Of a stretch of DNA of 64,000 bases, positions 1 to 8,705 are shown one piece after another (positions within the stretch are counted from its first letter, which is position 1; every line of letters starts with the position of its first letter). A model generated the notes under the pieces. It did no database searches and was not told where the DNA came from. It was given only the letters and a program-made list of their open reading frames with translations. The stretch is from an uncultured Chloroflexia bacterium (GTDB lineage Bacteria > Chloroflexota > Limnocylindria > Limnocylindrales > CSP1-4). The position numbers and the translations under genes were made by a program. The stretch covers positions 392,277-456,276 of the forward strand of contig CAWEHL010000004.1 of NCBI GenBank assembly GCA_963808895.1. The letters are read 5' to 3'.

Positions 1-99
1 GGTCGCCTCGACCGGACGCTCCGCGGGGACGGTCTCGTGCAGGAATTCATCGCCATCCTCGAGGACTACGTCGCTCGGCGGTTCCCCGCCCCCGTTTGA
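1..99 (+). CDS. 3' end of an unidentified CDS entering from upstream of the window
   Basis: Open frame from position 1 (GRLDRTLRGDGLVQEFIAILEDYVARRFPAPV) ending at TGA 97-99. rimP usually sits upstream of nusA, but the 32 visible residues are not diagnostic. Confidence 0.3.
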   Translation, partial: GRLDRTLRGDGLVQEFIAILEDYVARRFPAPV

Positions 100-153
100 G
101 TCGTCCACCCGTCCGGGTATATACTTCCCGGTAACTGAACGGCCGCTCCGTGA

Positions 154-178
154 CGTGGGTGACCCCCACGTTTTTTTT
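154..178 (+). terminator. Intrinsic terminator / attenuator hairpin in the nusA leader
   Basis: CGTGGG (154-159), loop TGACC, CCCACG (165-170), followed directly by T8 (171-178). It lies between the upstream stop (99) and the nusA RBS (207-216). Confidence 0.6.
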
Positions 179-221
179 CGGACCGGTCGTTGCTTGGTTG
201 TGGGTGAAGAAGGAGGCGATC

Positions 222-1625
222 GTGAGTCGAGACTTCGTTGGCGCCCTCCTTCAGCTGAACGCCGAGAAGCAGGTCTCTCGTGAACAGCTCATCGGAGCGG
301 TGGAGGACGGCATCCAGTCGGCCTATCGCCGCGTCGCGGGCGACGAGGACATCCACGTCCGCATCGATGCGGAGTCGGGCCGGATCCGTGTGTTCCGCGC
401 TCGCCTCGTCGTCGAGGAGATCGAGGACGAGCTGACCCAGATCACCGTCGACGACGCCCGCAAGTTCGAGGCGACCGCCAAGCCCGGCGACCTCGTGGAG
501 ACGGAGCAGCTCGACGGCGACGTGTTCGGCCGGATCGGCGCCCAGACGGCCAAGCAGATCGTCCTGCAGCGCATCCGCGAGGTCGAGCGCGACCAGGTCT
601 TCGACCAGTTCGCGAGCCGTGAGGGCGAGCTCATCACCGGGACCGTCAACCGCGTCGAGCCACGGGCGATCATCCTCGACGTCGGCAAGAACACCGAGGC
701 GATCCTCGCCACGACCGAGCAGAGTGCCCTGGAGCACTACCGGATCGGGCAGAACGTCAAGGCGTTCGTGCTCGAGGTGCGGCGCTCGGTCCGCGGCCCG
801 CAGATCTTCGTGAGCCGCACGCACAAGGGCTTCCTGCGTCGCCTGTTCGAGCTCGAGGTGCCCGAGATCCACAGCGGGACGGTCGAGATCAAGGCGATCG
901 CCCGAGAGGCGGGCAGCCGCTCGAAGGTCGCGGTCACGTCGCGTCAGGACGGTCTTGACCCGGTCGGTGCGACCGTCGGTCAGCGCGGCGCGCGCGTCCA
1001 GGCGGTCGTCGCAGAGCTCGCCGGCGAGAAGATCGACGTCATCCCGTGGAACGATGACCCGGCGGTCTTCGTGGCCAACGCCCTGAGCCCGGCGCAGGTG
1101 CTGTCGGTCGATATCGATGAAGAGAAGCGGATCGCCTCCGTCACGGTCCCCGAGCGGATGTTGTCGCTGGCCATCGGCCGAGAGGGCCAGAATGCGCGGC
1201 TGGCGGCCCGTCTGACCGGCTGGCGTATCGACATCCGGAGCGATGTGTCCGTTGCGGAGGCCAAGGCGGCATCCGAGCAGACAGAAGCCGAAGCCGCGTC
1301 CGACCTCGCGGAGGTGGCCGCGGCGCCGAGTGACAGCTCCGGGTCGGGCGAGGCCACGCCAGCGGTAGCGGCGCCCGCCAAACCGAAGCGAACCACCAAG
1401 AAGGCGGCAACCGACGATGCCGTCGCCGCGACCGACGCTGTTGTTGCGCCGGCCGACGATGCCGTCGCCGCAACGGATGGTGTCGCGGCCCCGGCCAAGC
1501 CGAAGCGAACCACCAAGAAGGCGGCTGCCAAGAAGACCGATGACACCACGGACGCGTCACCGGACGGAACGGCAGACGCCGCGAACGGCACGGAACCCAC
1601 ACCCGCCGAGGAGGTGGCGACGTAG
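222..1625 (+). CDS. nusA: Transcription termination/antitermination factor NusA with a basic Ala/Pro/Lys-rich C-terminal tail
   Basis: ORF track 150..1625. NusA N-terminal, S1 and two KH regions are recognisable ([22 protein letters not shown]; [22 protein letters not shown]). In-frame GTG 222 follows GAAGGAGG (207-216), so it is preferred over 150. Confidence 0.93.
   Translation: MSRDFVGALLQLNAEKQVSREQLIGAVEDGIQSAYRRVAGDEDIHVRIDAESGRIRVFRARLVVEEIEDELTQITVDDARKFEATAKPGDLVETEQLDGDVFGRIGAQTAKQIVLQRIREVERDQVFDQFASREGELITGTVNRVEPRAIILDVGKNTEAILATTEQSALEHYRIGQNVKAFVLEVRRSVRGPQIFVSRTHKGFLRRLFELEVPEIHSGTVEIKAIAREAGSRSKVAVTSRQDGLDPVGATVGQRGARVQAVVAELAGEKIDVIPWNDDPAVFVANALSPAQVLSVDIDEEKRIASVTVPERMLSLAIGREGQNARLAARLTGWRIDIRSDVSVAEAKAASEQTEAEAASDLAEVAAAPSDSSGSGEATPAVAAPAKPKRTTKKAATDDAVAATDAVVAPADDAVAATDGVAAPAKPKRTTKKAAAKKTDDTTDASPDGTADAANGTEPTPAEEVAT
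1383..1525 (+). repeat. In-frame direct duplication (117-nt period) inside the nusA 3' end
   Basis: CCGAAGCGAACCACCAAGAAGGCGGC occurs at 1383-1408 and 1500-1525. GACGATGCCGTCGCCGC also occurs twice in between. It encodes [14 protein letters not shown] twice. Confidence 0.8.
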
Positions 1626-1684
1626 CCGGGGCATCCACCCCGGCTCGACCGCTGCCCGCACGCCGGGTCCCGACCCGGACGTGC

Positions 1685-1951
1685 GTGGCATGTCGCACGT
1701 CTCGTGCCAAACGCGATCTGCGACGTATCGTCCGCACCCCGGCGGGCGAGGTCGTGTTCGACCCGACGGGACGCGTCGCCGGGCGAGGCGCCTACGTCTG
1801 TCATGACACCGACTGTCTATCCATCGCCATCACCAAGGGCGCCCTGAGCCGGGCGCTCGAGACCCAGCTCCCAGCGGCATTCCTCGCGGAGGCCGGTGTC
1901 GGAGCCATCCCCACGAATACCGCCCAAGGAGGAGCCCGTGGCAAGGAGTAG
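1685..1951 (+). CDS. ylxR: YlxR/RnpM family RNA-binding protein (DUF448)
   Basis: [39 protein letters not shown] matches the YlxR signature and the nusA-infB position. The conserved R-T-C-V-A-C motif begins at 1676, upstream of the first ATG/GTG/TTG (1685), so the true start may be non-canonical (CTG 1652). Confidence 0.85.
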   Translation: MACRTSRAKRDLRRIVRTPAGEVVFDPTGRVAGRGAYVCHDTDCLSIAITKGALSRALETQLPAAFLAEAGVGAIPTNTAQGGARGKE

Positions 1952-3848
1952 GAGCGGCACCCGCGGCCGGCGCGGGCCCCGCAAGCCACCGCGTCGACCC
2001 GACCAGAATGCGTCGTCGGTCCAGACGATCGATCCGCGCGAGCGCGGCGCGATCGAGCTGCCCGGCACGATCACCGTCAAGGAGCTCGCCGAACTGCTAT
2101 CGGTCAACGTCGCGGATGTCATCCGCGAGCTGATCAAGAGCGGCATCTTCGCGACGATCAACCAGCTGATCGACCGCGACACCGCGTCGCTGGTCGCCTC
2201 GGAGCTCGGCTACGAGGTCGCCGAGGCGGTCGCCGCGTCGACGAACGGGACCGGACCCGAGGTGGAGGGTGACGGCGCGGCCCCGGAGGCGACCAAGGAA
2301 GTCCTGTTCGAGGAGGACGATCCCAAGAAGCTGGTGCCGCGCGCCCCGATCGTCACGGTCATGGGCCACGTCGACCACGGCAAGACCAGCCTGCTCGACG
2401 CCTTGCGCTCGACCGAGGTCGCCGCCGGAGAGCGAGGTGGCATCACCCAGCACATCGGCGCGTCGGAGATCGACCACGATGGCAAGCGGGTCGTCTTCCT
2501 CGACACGCCGGGCCACGAGGCCTTCACGGCGATGCGCGCGCGGGGGGCCCGCGTCACGGATATCGCGATCATCGTCGTCGCGGCGGATGACGGCGTGATG
2601 CCGCAGACGCTCGAGGCGATCAGCCATGCGAAGGCGGCCAAGGTGCCGCTGATCATCGCGCTCAACAAGATCGACAAGGCGGACGCGGACCCCACGCGGG
2701 TCAAGACCGAGCTCACCGAAGCGGGCGTCGTCATCGAGGAGTACGGCGGCGACGTCCCCCTCGTCGCGGTGTCGGCCAAGAGCGGCCAGGGCCTTGACGA
2801 GCTCATCGAGATGGTGCTGCTCGTCGCCGATCTCCAGGAGCTCAAGGCGAATCCCGATCGTCCGGCGATCGGCACGATCGTCGAGGCGCAGCTCGACAAG
2901 GCCCGCGGGGCGGTCGCGACGGCACTCATCCAGACGGGCACGCTCAACGTCGGCGACATCATCGTGGTGGGCGAGACCTTCGGTCGCGTCCGGGCGATGG
3001 AGAACGACCGCGGCAAGCGTGTGAAGCAGGCAGGACCCGCGAGCGCGGTGGTCGTCCTCGGTCTCTCGGAAGTGCCAGAGGCCGGTGACATCCTGCGCGT
3101 CGTCGCCGATGACAAGGCGGCCCGCACGGCCGTCGAGCAGCGCAAGGCCCAGGTCGCCGCGAAGGGCGGCGACGGCAGCGGTCGTGCGACGCTCGAGGAC
3201 CTGTACCGCCAGATCCAGGCGGGCCAGGCCAAGGAGCTGCGGATCATCCTCAAGGCCGACGTCTCGGGGTCGCTGGGTGCCATCACCCACGCGCTCGAGC
3301 AGCTCGACCAGGACGAGGTACGCATCAACGTGCTGCTCGAGGCAGCCGGCGACATCACCGACAACGACATCATGCTCGCGACGGCGTCGGATGCGATCGT
3401 GGTGGGCTTCAACACGTCGATCACCGAGACTGCCCGGCGAGCTGCCGAGGACGAGGGCGTCGACGTCCGCCTCTACGACATCATCTACAAGCTCACCGAC
3501 GACATCGACGCGGCCCTCAAGGGTCTGCTCGAGCCGGAGGAAGTGGAGGTCGTCGAGGGCCGGGCGGAGGTGCGCCAGGTCATCCGCGTCGGCAAGAACA
3601 CGGTCATCGCGGGCTCGTACGTCACCGACGGCCGGATCATCCGTGCGAACGCACGGATCTGGCGCGGTGGCCGCGTGATCGCGACCGACCGGATCGAGTC
3701 GTTGCGGCGCTTCCGTGATGACGTGCGCGAGGTCCAGACGAACTACGAATGCGGTATCGGTCTGGCCTCGTTCCACGACATCGAGGAAGGCGACGTCATC
3801 GAGTGCTACTCGACGCAGACCGTCAGCCGGGCCCCCGCGACGGCCTAG
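1938..3848 (+). CDS. infB: Translation initiation factor IF-2
   Basis: ORF track 1896..3848. GTPase motifs [21 protein letters not shown] and NKID, followed by the IF-2 C-terminal domains. GTG 1938 follows AAGGAGGA (1926-1933); GTG 1896 is the alternative start. Confidence 0.95.
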   Translation: MARSRSGTRGRRGPRKPPRRPDQNASSVQTIDPRERGAIELPGTITVKELAELLSVNVADVIRELIKSGIFATINQLIDRDTASLVASELGYEVAEAVAASTNGTGPEVEGDGAAPEATKEVLFEEDDPKKLVPRAPIVTVMGHVDHGKTSLLDALRSTEVAAGERGGITQHIGASEIDHDGKRVVFLDTPGHEAFTAMRARGARVTDIAIIVVAADDGVMPQTLEAISHAKAAKVPLIIALNKIDKADADPTRVKTELTEAGVVIEEYGGDVPLVAVSAKSGQGLDELIEMVLLVADLQELKANPDRPAIGTIVEAQLDKARGAVATALIQTGTLNVGDIIVVGETFGRVRAMENDRGKRVKQAGPASAVVVLGLSEVPEAGDILRVVADDKAARTAVEQRKAQVAAKGGDGSGRATLEDLYRQIQAGQAKELRIILKADVSGSLGAITHALEQLDQDEVRINVLLEAAGDITDNDIMLATASDAIVVGFNTSITETARRAAEDEGVDVRLYDIIYKLTDDIDAALKGLLEPEEVEVVEGRAEVRQVIRVGKNTVIAGSYVTDGRIIRANARIWRGGRVIATDRIESLRRFRDDVREVQTNYECGIGLASFHDIEEGDVIECYSTQTVSRAPATA

Positions 3849-3865
3849 GCGGGCGCAGTTCATCG

Positions 3866-4387
3866 GTGACGCAACGGACTGACCGTATCGACGAGCTGCT
3901 CCGGCAGGAGATCGGCTCGATCGTGACTCGTGAGGTGGCCGACCCGCGCGTCGGGTTCGCCACGATCACGAAGGTGGAGACGACCCCGGACCTGCGCCAT
4001 GCCAAGGTCTGGGTGAGCGTCATCGGGCAGCCGAAAGAGCGTTCGGCGACGATCGCGGCGCTTAGCCGCGCGATGCCGTTCGTCCGCCGTGAGCTCGGCA
4101 AGACCCTCCGGCTTAAGCGCATCCCGGACCTCCATGTCGAGCTCGACGACACGGCCGAGCGGGGAACGCGCGTCCTCCATCTGCTCGACGAGCTCGAGTC
4201 GGGCACGGCGGAGCCGAGCATCGAGCTGCCCGCGGGTGAGACGCTGCCGACGCCCATCGCACGTGTCGGCCACGAGGGCGACGCGACCGAAGAACCGCCG
4301 TCCGCTGTGATCCCGCCGAAACCGCGGCGTCGCCGCGGTCGTGAGCGGTCGAAGGGCAACACCGGGGCACGGCGCTCGTCGCGATGA
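3866..4387 (+). CDS. rbfA: Ribosome-binding factor A
   Basis: RTDRIDELLRQEIGSIVTREVADPRVGFATITKVETTPDLRHAKVWVSV is typical RbfA. GTG 3866 is the first start after the infB stop. The ORF-track start 3749 overlaps infB. Confidence 0.9.
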   Translation: MTQRTDRIDELLRQEIGSIVTREVADPRVGFATITKVETTPDLRHAKVWVSVIGQPKERSATIAALSRAMPFVRRELGKTLRLKRIPDLHVELDDTAERGTRVLHLLDELESGTAEPSIELPAGETLPTPIARVGHEGDATEEPPSAVIPPKPRRRRGRERSKGNTGARRSSR

Positions 4388-5400
4388 CCGTCGATCTGTC
4401 GCCGTACCTGGACGCCGTGCCGGACGTCGTGGTCGAACGGCTCCGCGGGGCGCGCCGCGTGCTGGCGGTCTCGCACGAGAACCCCGATGCCGACACGCTC
4501 GGGGCCACGCTCGGCGTCGTTCGTCTCGTCGAGCGGCTCGGGGGCAGGGCGGATCCCGTCTGCACGGACCCGGTGCCGCCGCTGTATGCCTTCCTCGACG
4601 GCGTCGAGCGGTTCCGGACCGACCCGGACCCAGACGCCGCATATGACCTGCTCGTGCTGTCCGACTGCGCGACGCCCGATCGGGTCGGCGAGGTCGGGGT
4701 GCGGCACCGCGCGTTGTTCGATCGGCTACCACGAGTCGTCATCGACCATCACGCCTCGAACGCGCCGGTGGCGGACGCCGATTGGATCGAACCGCACGCC
4801 GCTGCGACGTGCGAGATGGTGACCTTGCTCGCGGTCTGCCTCGGCGTCCCATTGGCGTCGGATCCGTCGCTGGCCGCGGCGCTGATGGCGGGGATCGTCA
4901 TGGATACCGCCACGTTCGCCCATCCGAACGCGACGCCGCGCACGCTCGCCGTCTCCGCAGCTCTCGTCGAAGCGGGCGCGCCGCTGTCCGATATCTCGCG
5001 GCGGCTGTACCGCTCGAAACCCGCCGAGCAGCTCCGGCTGTTCGGACGGGTCCTCGACCGGCTCGAGTCCTACGACGAGGGACGCGTGGTGGCGTCGACG
5101 CTGCTCGACGCCGACCTCGCGGCGACCGGGACCCAGCCGCCGCAGAGCGAGGGCATCATCGACCTGCTGGCACAGGCCGAGGTCGCGGAGGTGGCCATCC
5201 TGTTCAAGGAGGCCGGCGACACGACCCGGATCAGCGTCCGGACCAAGCCCGGCGGCGTCGACGCGACCGTCCTCACGGGGCTGTTCGGCGGGGGAGGGCA
5301 CGCCCGGGCCGCGGGCGCGACCGTGCCGCTGCCCATCGATCAGGCACGAGACGCGGTGCTCGCCGAGGCGCGCAAGGCCGCGGCCGCCGTCACGCGCTGA
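4384..5400 (+). CDS. nrnA: DHH/DHHA1 phosphoesterase, NrnA-type oligoribonuclease / pAp phosphatase
   Basis: SHENPDADTLG, VIDHHASN (DHH motif) and GGGGHARAAG (DHHA1 motif). ATGA overlap with the rbfA stop. Confidence 0.85.
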   Translation: MTVDLSPYLDAVPDVVVERLRGARRVLAVSHENPDADTLGATLGVVRLVERLGGRADPVCTDPVPPLYAFLDGVERFRTDPDPDAAYDLLVLSDCATPDRVGEVGVRHRALFDRLPRVVIDHHASNAPVADADWIEPHAAATCEMVTLLAVCLGVPLASDPSLAAALMAGIVMDTATFAHPNATPRTLAVSAALVEAGAPLSDISRRLYRSKPAEQLRLFGRVLDRLESYDEGRVVASTLLDADLAATGTQPPQSEGIIDLLAQAEVAEVAILFKEAGDTTRISVRTKPGGVDATVLTGLFGGGGHARAAGATVPLPIDQARDAVLAEARKAAAAVTR

Positions 5401-5401
5401 C

Positions 5402-6361
5402 GTGGCACGTTCATCGCTCGGGCCGGGCCTCGACGGCATCCTCATCGTCGACAAGCCGATCGGTCCCACCTCGCATGACATCGTCGGGCTTGTCCGCCGA
5501 CTGGCCGCAACGAAGCGGGTCGGACACGGTGGGACGCTCGATCCGTTCGCATCCGGGGTGCTGCCCGTCTTCCTGGGTCGGGCGACCCGCGTGGTCGAGT
5601 TCCACCTTGCCGATCGGAAGGCATATCGGGCCACGATCTGTTTCGGCGCGTCGTCGGCGACGGATGATCTCGAGGGCGAACTCACGCCCTTGGAGGGACC
5701 GGCCCCTACCCGCCCCGCAGTCGAGGACGCGCTCGTCGGATTCCTCGGGCCGATCCGACAGCGTCCGCCGGCGTACTCGGCGATCAAGGTCGGTGGACGC
5801 CGCGCGTACGCCATGGCGCGCGCCGGCGAGACGGTCGAGCTCAAGGAGCGCGACGTGACGATCGACTCGCTGTCGCTTGCGTCGTGGGACGCCACCGAAC
5901 CGGATCGGCCGATCGCGGTGGTCGACGTGACGTGCTCCGCCGGGACGTACGTGCGCGCCCTCGCCCGCGATCTCGGCACCGCCGTCTCGAACGCCGCCTA
6001 CCTCGGGGCACTGCGGCGGACAGCGGCCGGACCCTTCTCGGTCGCCGATGCAGTGTCGCTGGACACCGTCCGGTCGGCGACTGCCGAGGGCCCGGATGGC
6101 CTCGTCCCGCTCCTTCGACCGGTCGATGCCGGGTTGGAGCGGTTCGCCCGGATCGCACTGGAGGAGCGCGAGGTCGATGCGGTCGCCCAGGGGCAGTACA
6201 TCCGGCCCGCGGCGGGGATACCGGCGGGCGGTGATCACTATCGCCTGGTCGACCCGGCCGGGCGGCTCGTCGCGATCGCCGTCCCGGCGGGCGCTGGTCG
6301 CCTCGCCCCGGACAAGGTCCTGGTCGGCGCCGGCGAACGACCCGCGTCGGTCGGCGCGTGA
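5402..6361 (+). CDS. truB: tRNA pseudouridine(55) synthase TruB
   Basis: GILIVDKPIGPTSHDIVGLVRRL...GHGGTLDPFASGVLPVFLGRATR is the TruB catalytic signature. Confidence 0.93.
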   Translation: MARSSLGPGLDGILIVDKPIGPTSHDIVGLVRRLAATKRVGHGGTLDPFASGVLPVFLGRATRVVEFHLADRKAYRATICFGASSATDDLEGELTPLEGPAPTRPAVEDALVGFLGPIRQRPPAYSAIKVGGRRAYAMARAGETVELKERDVTIDSLSLASWDATEPDRPIAVVDVTCSAGTYVRALARDLGTAVSNAAYLGALRRTAAGPFSVADAVSLDTVRSATAEGPDGLVPLLRPVDAGLERFARIALEEREVDAVAQGQYIRPAAGIPAGGDHYRLVDPAGRLVAIAVPAGAGRLAPDKVLVGAGERPASVGA

Positions 6362-7101
6362 TGGACGTCGTGCCGGGCGTCGACCGGCTGCGCCCCGAGC
6401 ACGGCCCGGTCTTCGCGGTCATCGGCGTCTTCGACGGCTTGCACCAGGGGCACATCTACCTGTTGGACCACCTCGTCCGCGAGGCCCTTAAGCGGGAGGC
6501 GCACGCGTGCGTCATCACGTTCGACCACCATCCCGACGAGGTCCTGACCGGCTCGGCGCCACCGCTGCTGCTCCATCCCGATGAGCGGGTGGCACGGTTG
6601 GCCGACGCCGGCGTCGATGTGACCGTCGTCCAGCACTTCGATGACGCGGTGCGACACACGACCTACGACGCCTTCCTCGCCACCATCCGCGACCGAGCCG
6701 ACCTCGCCGGGCTGCTCATGACGCCCGATGCCGCGTTCGGCTACGAGCGCGGTGGCACGCCTGACTCGGTGCGCGAGCTCGGTGAGCGGGAGGGCTTCGA
6801 TCTCGTGGTCGTCGAACCGCTCGCGATCGACGGCGCCGCCGTTCGGAGCAGCGACATCCGCGCGGCGATCGCCAGCGGCGACCTGGCCGGCGCGGAACGA
6901 CTCCTGGGGCGTCCGGTCGCGCTCCAGGGTGAGGCTCGCGGCGGTCGTCTGACGTTCGAGTGGCCGATGGCCATGCCGCCGGACGGCGACTATCCGGTGC
7001 GCATCGACGGGCGACCAGGCATCGCGACCATCGACGGCGCGAGCGTCACGCTCCCGGAAGGCTCGGCGGACGGCGTCGTGCGCTTGGAGTTCATCTCGTG
7101 A
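6358..7101 (+). CDS. ribF: FAD synthetase (FMN adenylyltransferase) of the RibF family with a short, degenerate C-terminal region in place of the riboflavin kinase domain
   Basis: VIGVFDGLHQGHIYLL and FDHHPDEVL are RibF N-terminal motifs. The protein is only 247 aa. After LLGRPVALQGE only about 60 aa remain and no PTAN-type kinase motif is present in any frame. Confidence 0.8.
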   Translation: MMDVVPGVDRLRPEHGPVFAVIGVFDGLHQGHIYLLDHLVREALKREAHACVITFDHHPDEVLTGSAPPLLLHPDERVARLADAGVDVTVVQHFDDAVRHTTYDAFLATIRDRADLAGLLMTPDAAFGYERGGTPDSVRELGEREGFDLVVVEPLAIDGAAVRSSDIRAAIASGDLAGAERLLGRPVALQGEARGGRLTFEWPMAMPPDGDYPVRIDGRPGIATIDGASVTLPEGSADGVVRLEFIS

Positions 7102-7613
7102 CCGAGCAAACGTGGCACCTGGCCCAGCTGAACGTCGGACGCACCCTGGCACCTGTCGAGTCGCCCGCGATCGAGGGCTTTCGAGCGCAGCTCGCTCCGA
7201 TCAATGCGCTCGCCGACGCCGATCCGGGGCTCGTGTGGCGGCTCCAGACCGAGGCCGGGAACGCGACGGACATCCGGCCCACGGAGGACGACCTGTTCCT
7301 GATCAACCTGAGCGTCTGGCGCTCGATCGAGGCGTTACGAGCGTTCACCTACACGAGTGCGCACGTCCAGGTCCTTCGGCAGCGTCGTTCCTGGTTCGAG
7401 CAGCTGGCCGAGGCGCATCTCGTGCTGTGGTGGGTGCCGGCCGGTCACATCCCATCGGTCGAGGAGGCCCTGGAGCGGCTCGACCGGTTGCGCCGCGACG
7501 GGCCGACGCCCGCAGCCTTCACGTTCCGCGCGCCGTTCGCGCCGGAGGCGGACCATCCGGGTGACGCGCTCGTCGACGCCGAGTTCTGCTGGCCGGAGCT
7601 CGCCGCGTCCTGA
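7098..7613 (+). CDS. DUF3291 domain protein
   Basis: WHLAQLNVGR...PAIEGFRAQLAPINALADADPGLVWRLQ...FLINLSVWRSIEALRAFTY is the DUF3291 pattern. GTG 7098 overlaps the ribF stop (GTGA). The ORF-track start 6960 lies inside ribF. Confidence 0.75.
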   Translation: MTEQTWHLAQLNVGRTLAPVESPAIEGFRAQLAPINALADADPGLVWRLQTEAGNATDIRPTEDDLFLINLSVWRSIEALRAFTYTSAHVQVLRQRRSWFEQLAEAHLVLWWVPAGHIPSVEEALERLDRLRRDGPTPAAFTFRAPFAPEADHPGDALVDAEFCWPELAAS

Positions 7614-7622
7614 TCCCCTCGG

Positions 7623-8186
7623 CTAAAGGCCCGGTCGCCACAGCGGCTCGTCGACGCCGCGCTCGTGGTTCTCGTACCGGGCCATCACGAAGAGCGCGTC
7701 CGAGAGGCGATTGAGGTAGGGAAGGACCAGTTCACCGATCGCCTCTTCGCGCGACAACGTGATCGCTTCGCGCTCCGCTCGGCGGCAGATCGTCCGCGCG
7801 ACATGCAGTTGCGCGGCACCCGGCGAGCCGCCGGGGAGCAGGAAGTTCGTGAGCGGGCCGACGGTCTCGTTCAGCTCGTCGATCAGGCGCTCGAGCTTCT
7901 CGACATGGTGCGGCTGGACGGTCGGGATCCGCTCGCGCCGTCCGTCATCGCTCGGCCAGCACAGATCCGAGCCAAGGTCGAAGAGCTCGTTCTGGATCGT
8001 CGTCAGCTCCGCGGCCAGGCGGTCCGACAGTCCGAGCGCAAGCGCGACGCCGATCGCGGAGTTCAGCTCATCGACCGTACCGTACGCCCGAACGCGTGCA
8101 GAATCCTTCGGGACGCGCCGGCCACCACCCAGCCCCGTGAGGCCCTCGTCGCCGGTCTTCGTGTAGATCCTGGTGAGCCGCGGCAT
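7623..8186 (-). CDS. PduO-type ATP:cob(I)alamin adenosyltransferase
   Basis: [41 protein letters not shown] is the PduO-type signature. The ORF is open to 8216 (GTG); ATG 8186 (MPRLTRIYT) gives the usual N-terminus. Confidence 0.85.
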   Translation of the reverse strand: MPRLTRIYTKTGDEGLTGLGGGRRVPKDSARVRAYGTVDELNSAIGVALALGLSDRLAAELTTIQNELFDLGSDLCWPSDDGRRERIPTVQPHHVEKLERLIDELNETVGPLTNFLLPGGSPGAAQLHVARTICRRAEREAITLSREEAIGELVLPYLNRLSDALFVMARYENHERGVDEPLWRPGL

Positions 8187-8297
8187 GCCGAGGAGCATAC
8201 CGGCCAGCCGCCCCACGATGGCGCGATAGGGGCCGCTCTGCTACCATCCGCCGGTCATACAGGTAGGAATAGGACAAAGTTCGTGTCGGAGGACCGA

Positions 8298-8567
8298 GTG
8301 CCGCTCGCGCGGGAACAGAAGCAGGAGATCATCACCGGGTACGCCACCAAGGAAGGCGATACCGGTTCGCCGGAGGTCCAGGTCGCGCTCCTGACGGAGC
8401 GGATCACGGACCTGACGGAGCATCTCCGCCGCTTCCCCAAGGACAACCATTCGCGCCGCGGCCTCCTCAAGCTCGTCGGCCAGCGCCGCCGCCTTCTCGC
8501 GTATCTGATGAAGAAGGACAGCGCGCGCTACCGGACCGTCATCGGACGGCTCGGACTCCGCCGCTAG
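8298..8567 (+). CDS. rpsO: 30S ribosomal protein S15
   Basis: [69 protein letters not shown] is S15. GTG 8298 follows GGAGGA (8288-8293) and gives 89 aa. In-frame GTG 8283 is an alternative. Confidence 0.92.
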   Translation: MPLAREQKQEIITGYATKEGDTGSPEVQVALLTERITDLTEHLRRFPKDNHSRRGLLKLVGQRRRLLAYLMKKDSARYRTVIGRLGLRR

Positions 8568-8655
8568 CGCCGCGTCACGTCGCGGGCTCCGCCCCGACGT
8601 CCCTGGGCTCCCGTAGGGCGCCCTCGCACACCCGGCACCAGCAGCGCAGCAGGCT

Positions 8656-8671
8656 GACCCGCCCGCGGGTC
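8656..8671 (+). terminator. GC-rich hairpin downstream of rpsO (possible rpsO terminator or processing site)
   Basis: GACCCGC (8656-8662) and GCGGGTC (8665-8671) are inverted repeats. No T-tract follows. Confidence 0.3.
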
Positions 8672-8675
8672 GTCG

Positions 8676-8695
8676 CCTCCTCCACGGCAAGGAGG
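8676..8695 (+). promoter_or_regulatory. Hairpin in the pnp leader that sequesters the Shine-Dalgarno sequence
   Basis: CCTCCT (8676-8681) pairs with AGGAGG (8690-8695), which is the pnp SD, with an 8-nt loop. The TTG start is at 8706. Confidence 0.45.
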
Positions 8696-8705
8696 AAGGT
8701 CTCTC

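Noticed and set aside
150-221. An N-terminal extension of nusA from the ORF-track start at 150. Similar upstream extensions were considered for rbfA (3749), DUF3291 (6960), asd (11434), cinA (18027), the YcaQ-like gene (34399) and LigD-PE (55889).
   Set aside because: The extensions overlap the preceding gene, terminator or RBS and have atypical composition. Internal starts with SD sequences, or with stop-start overlaps, give N-termini matching the respective families.
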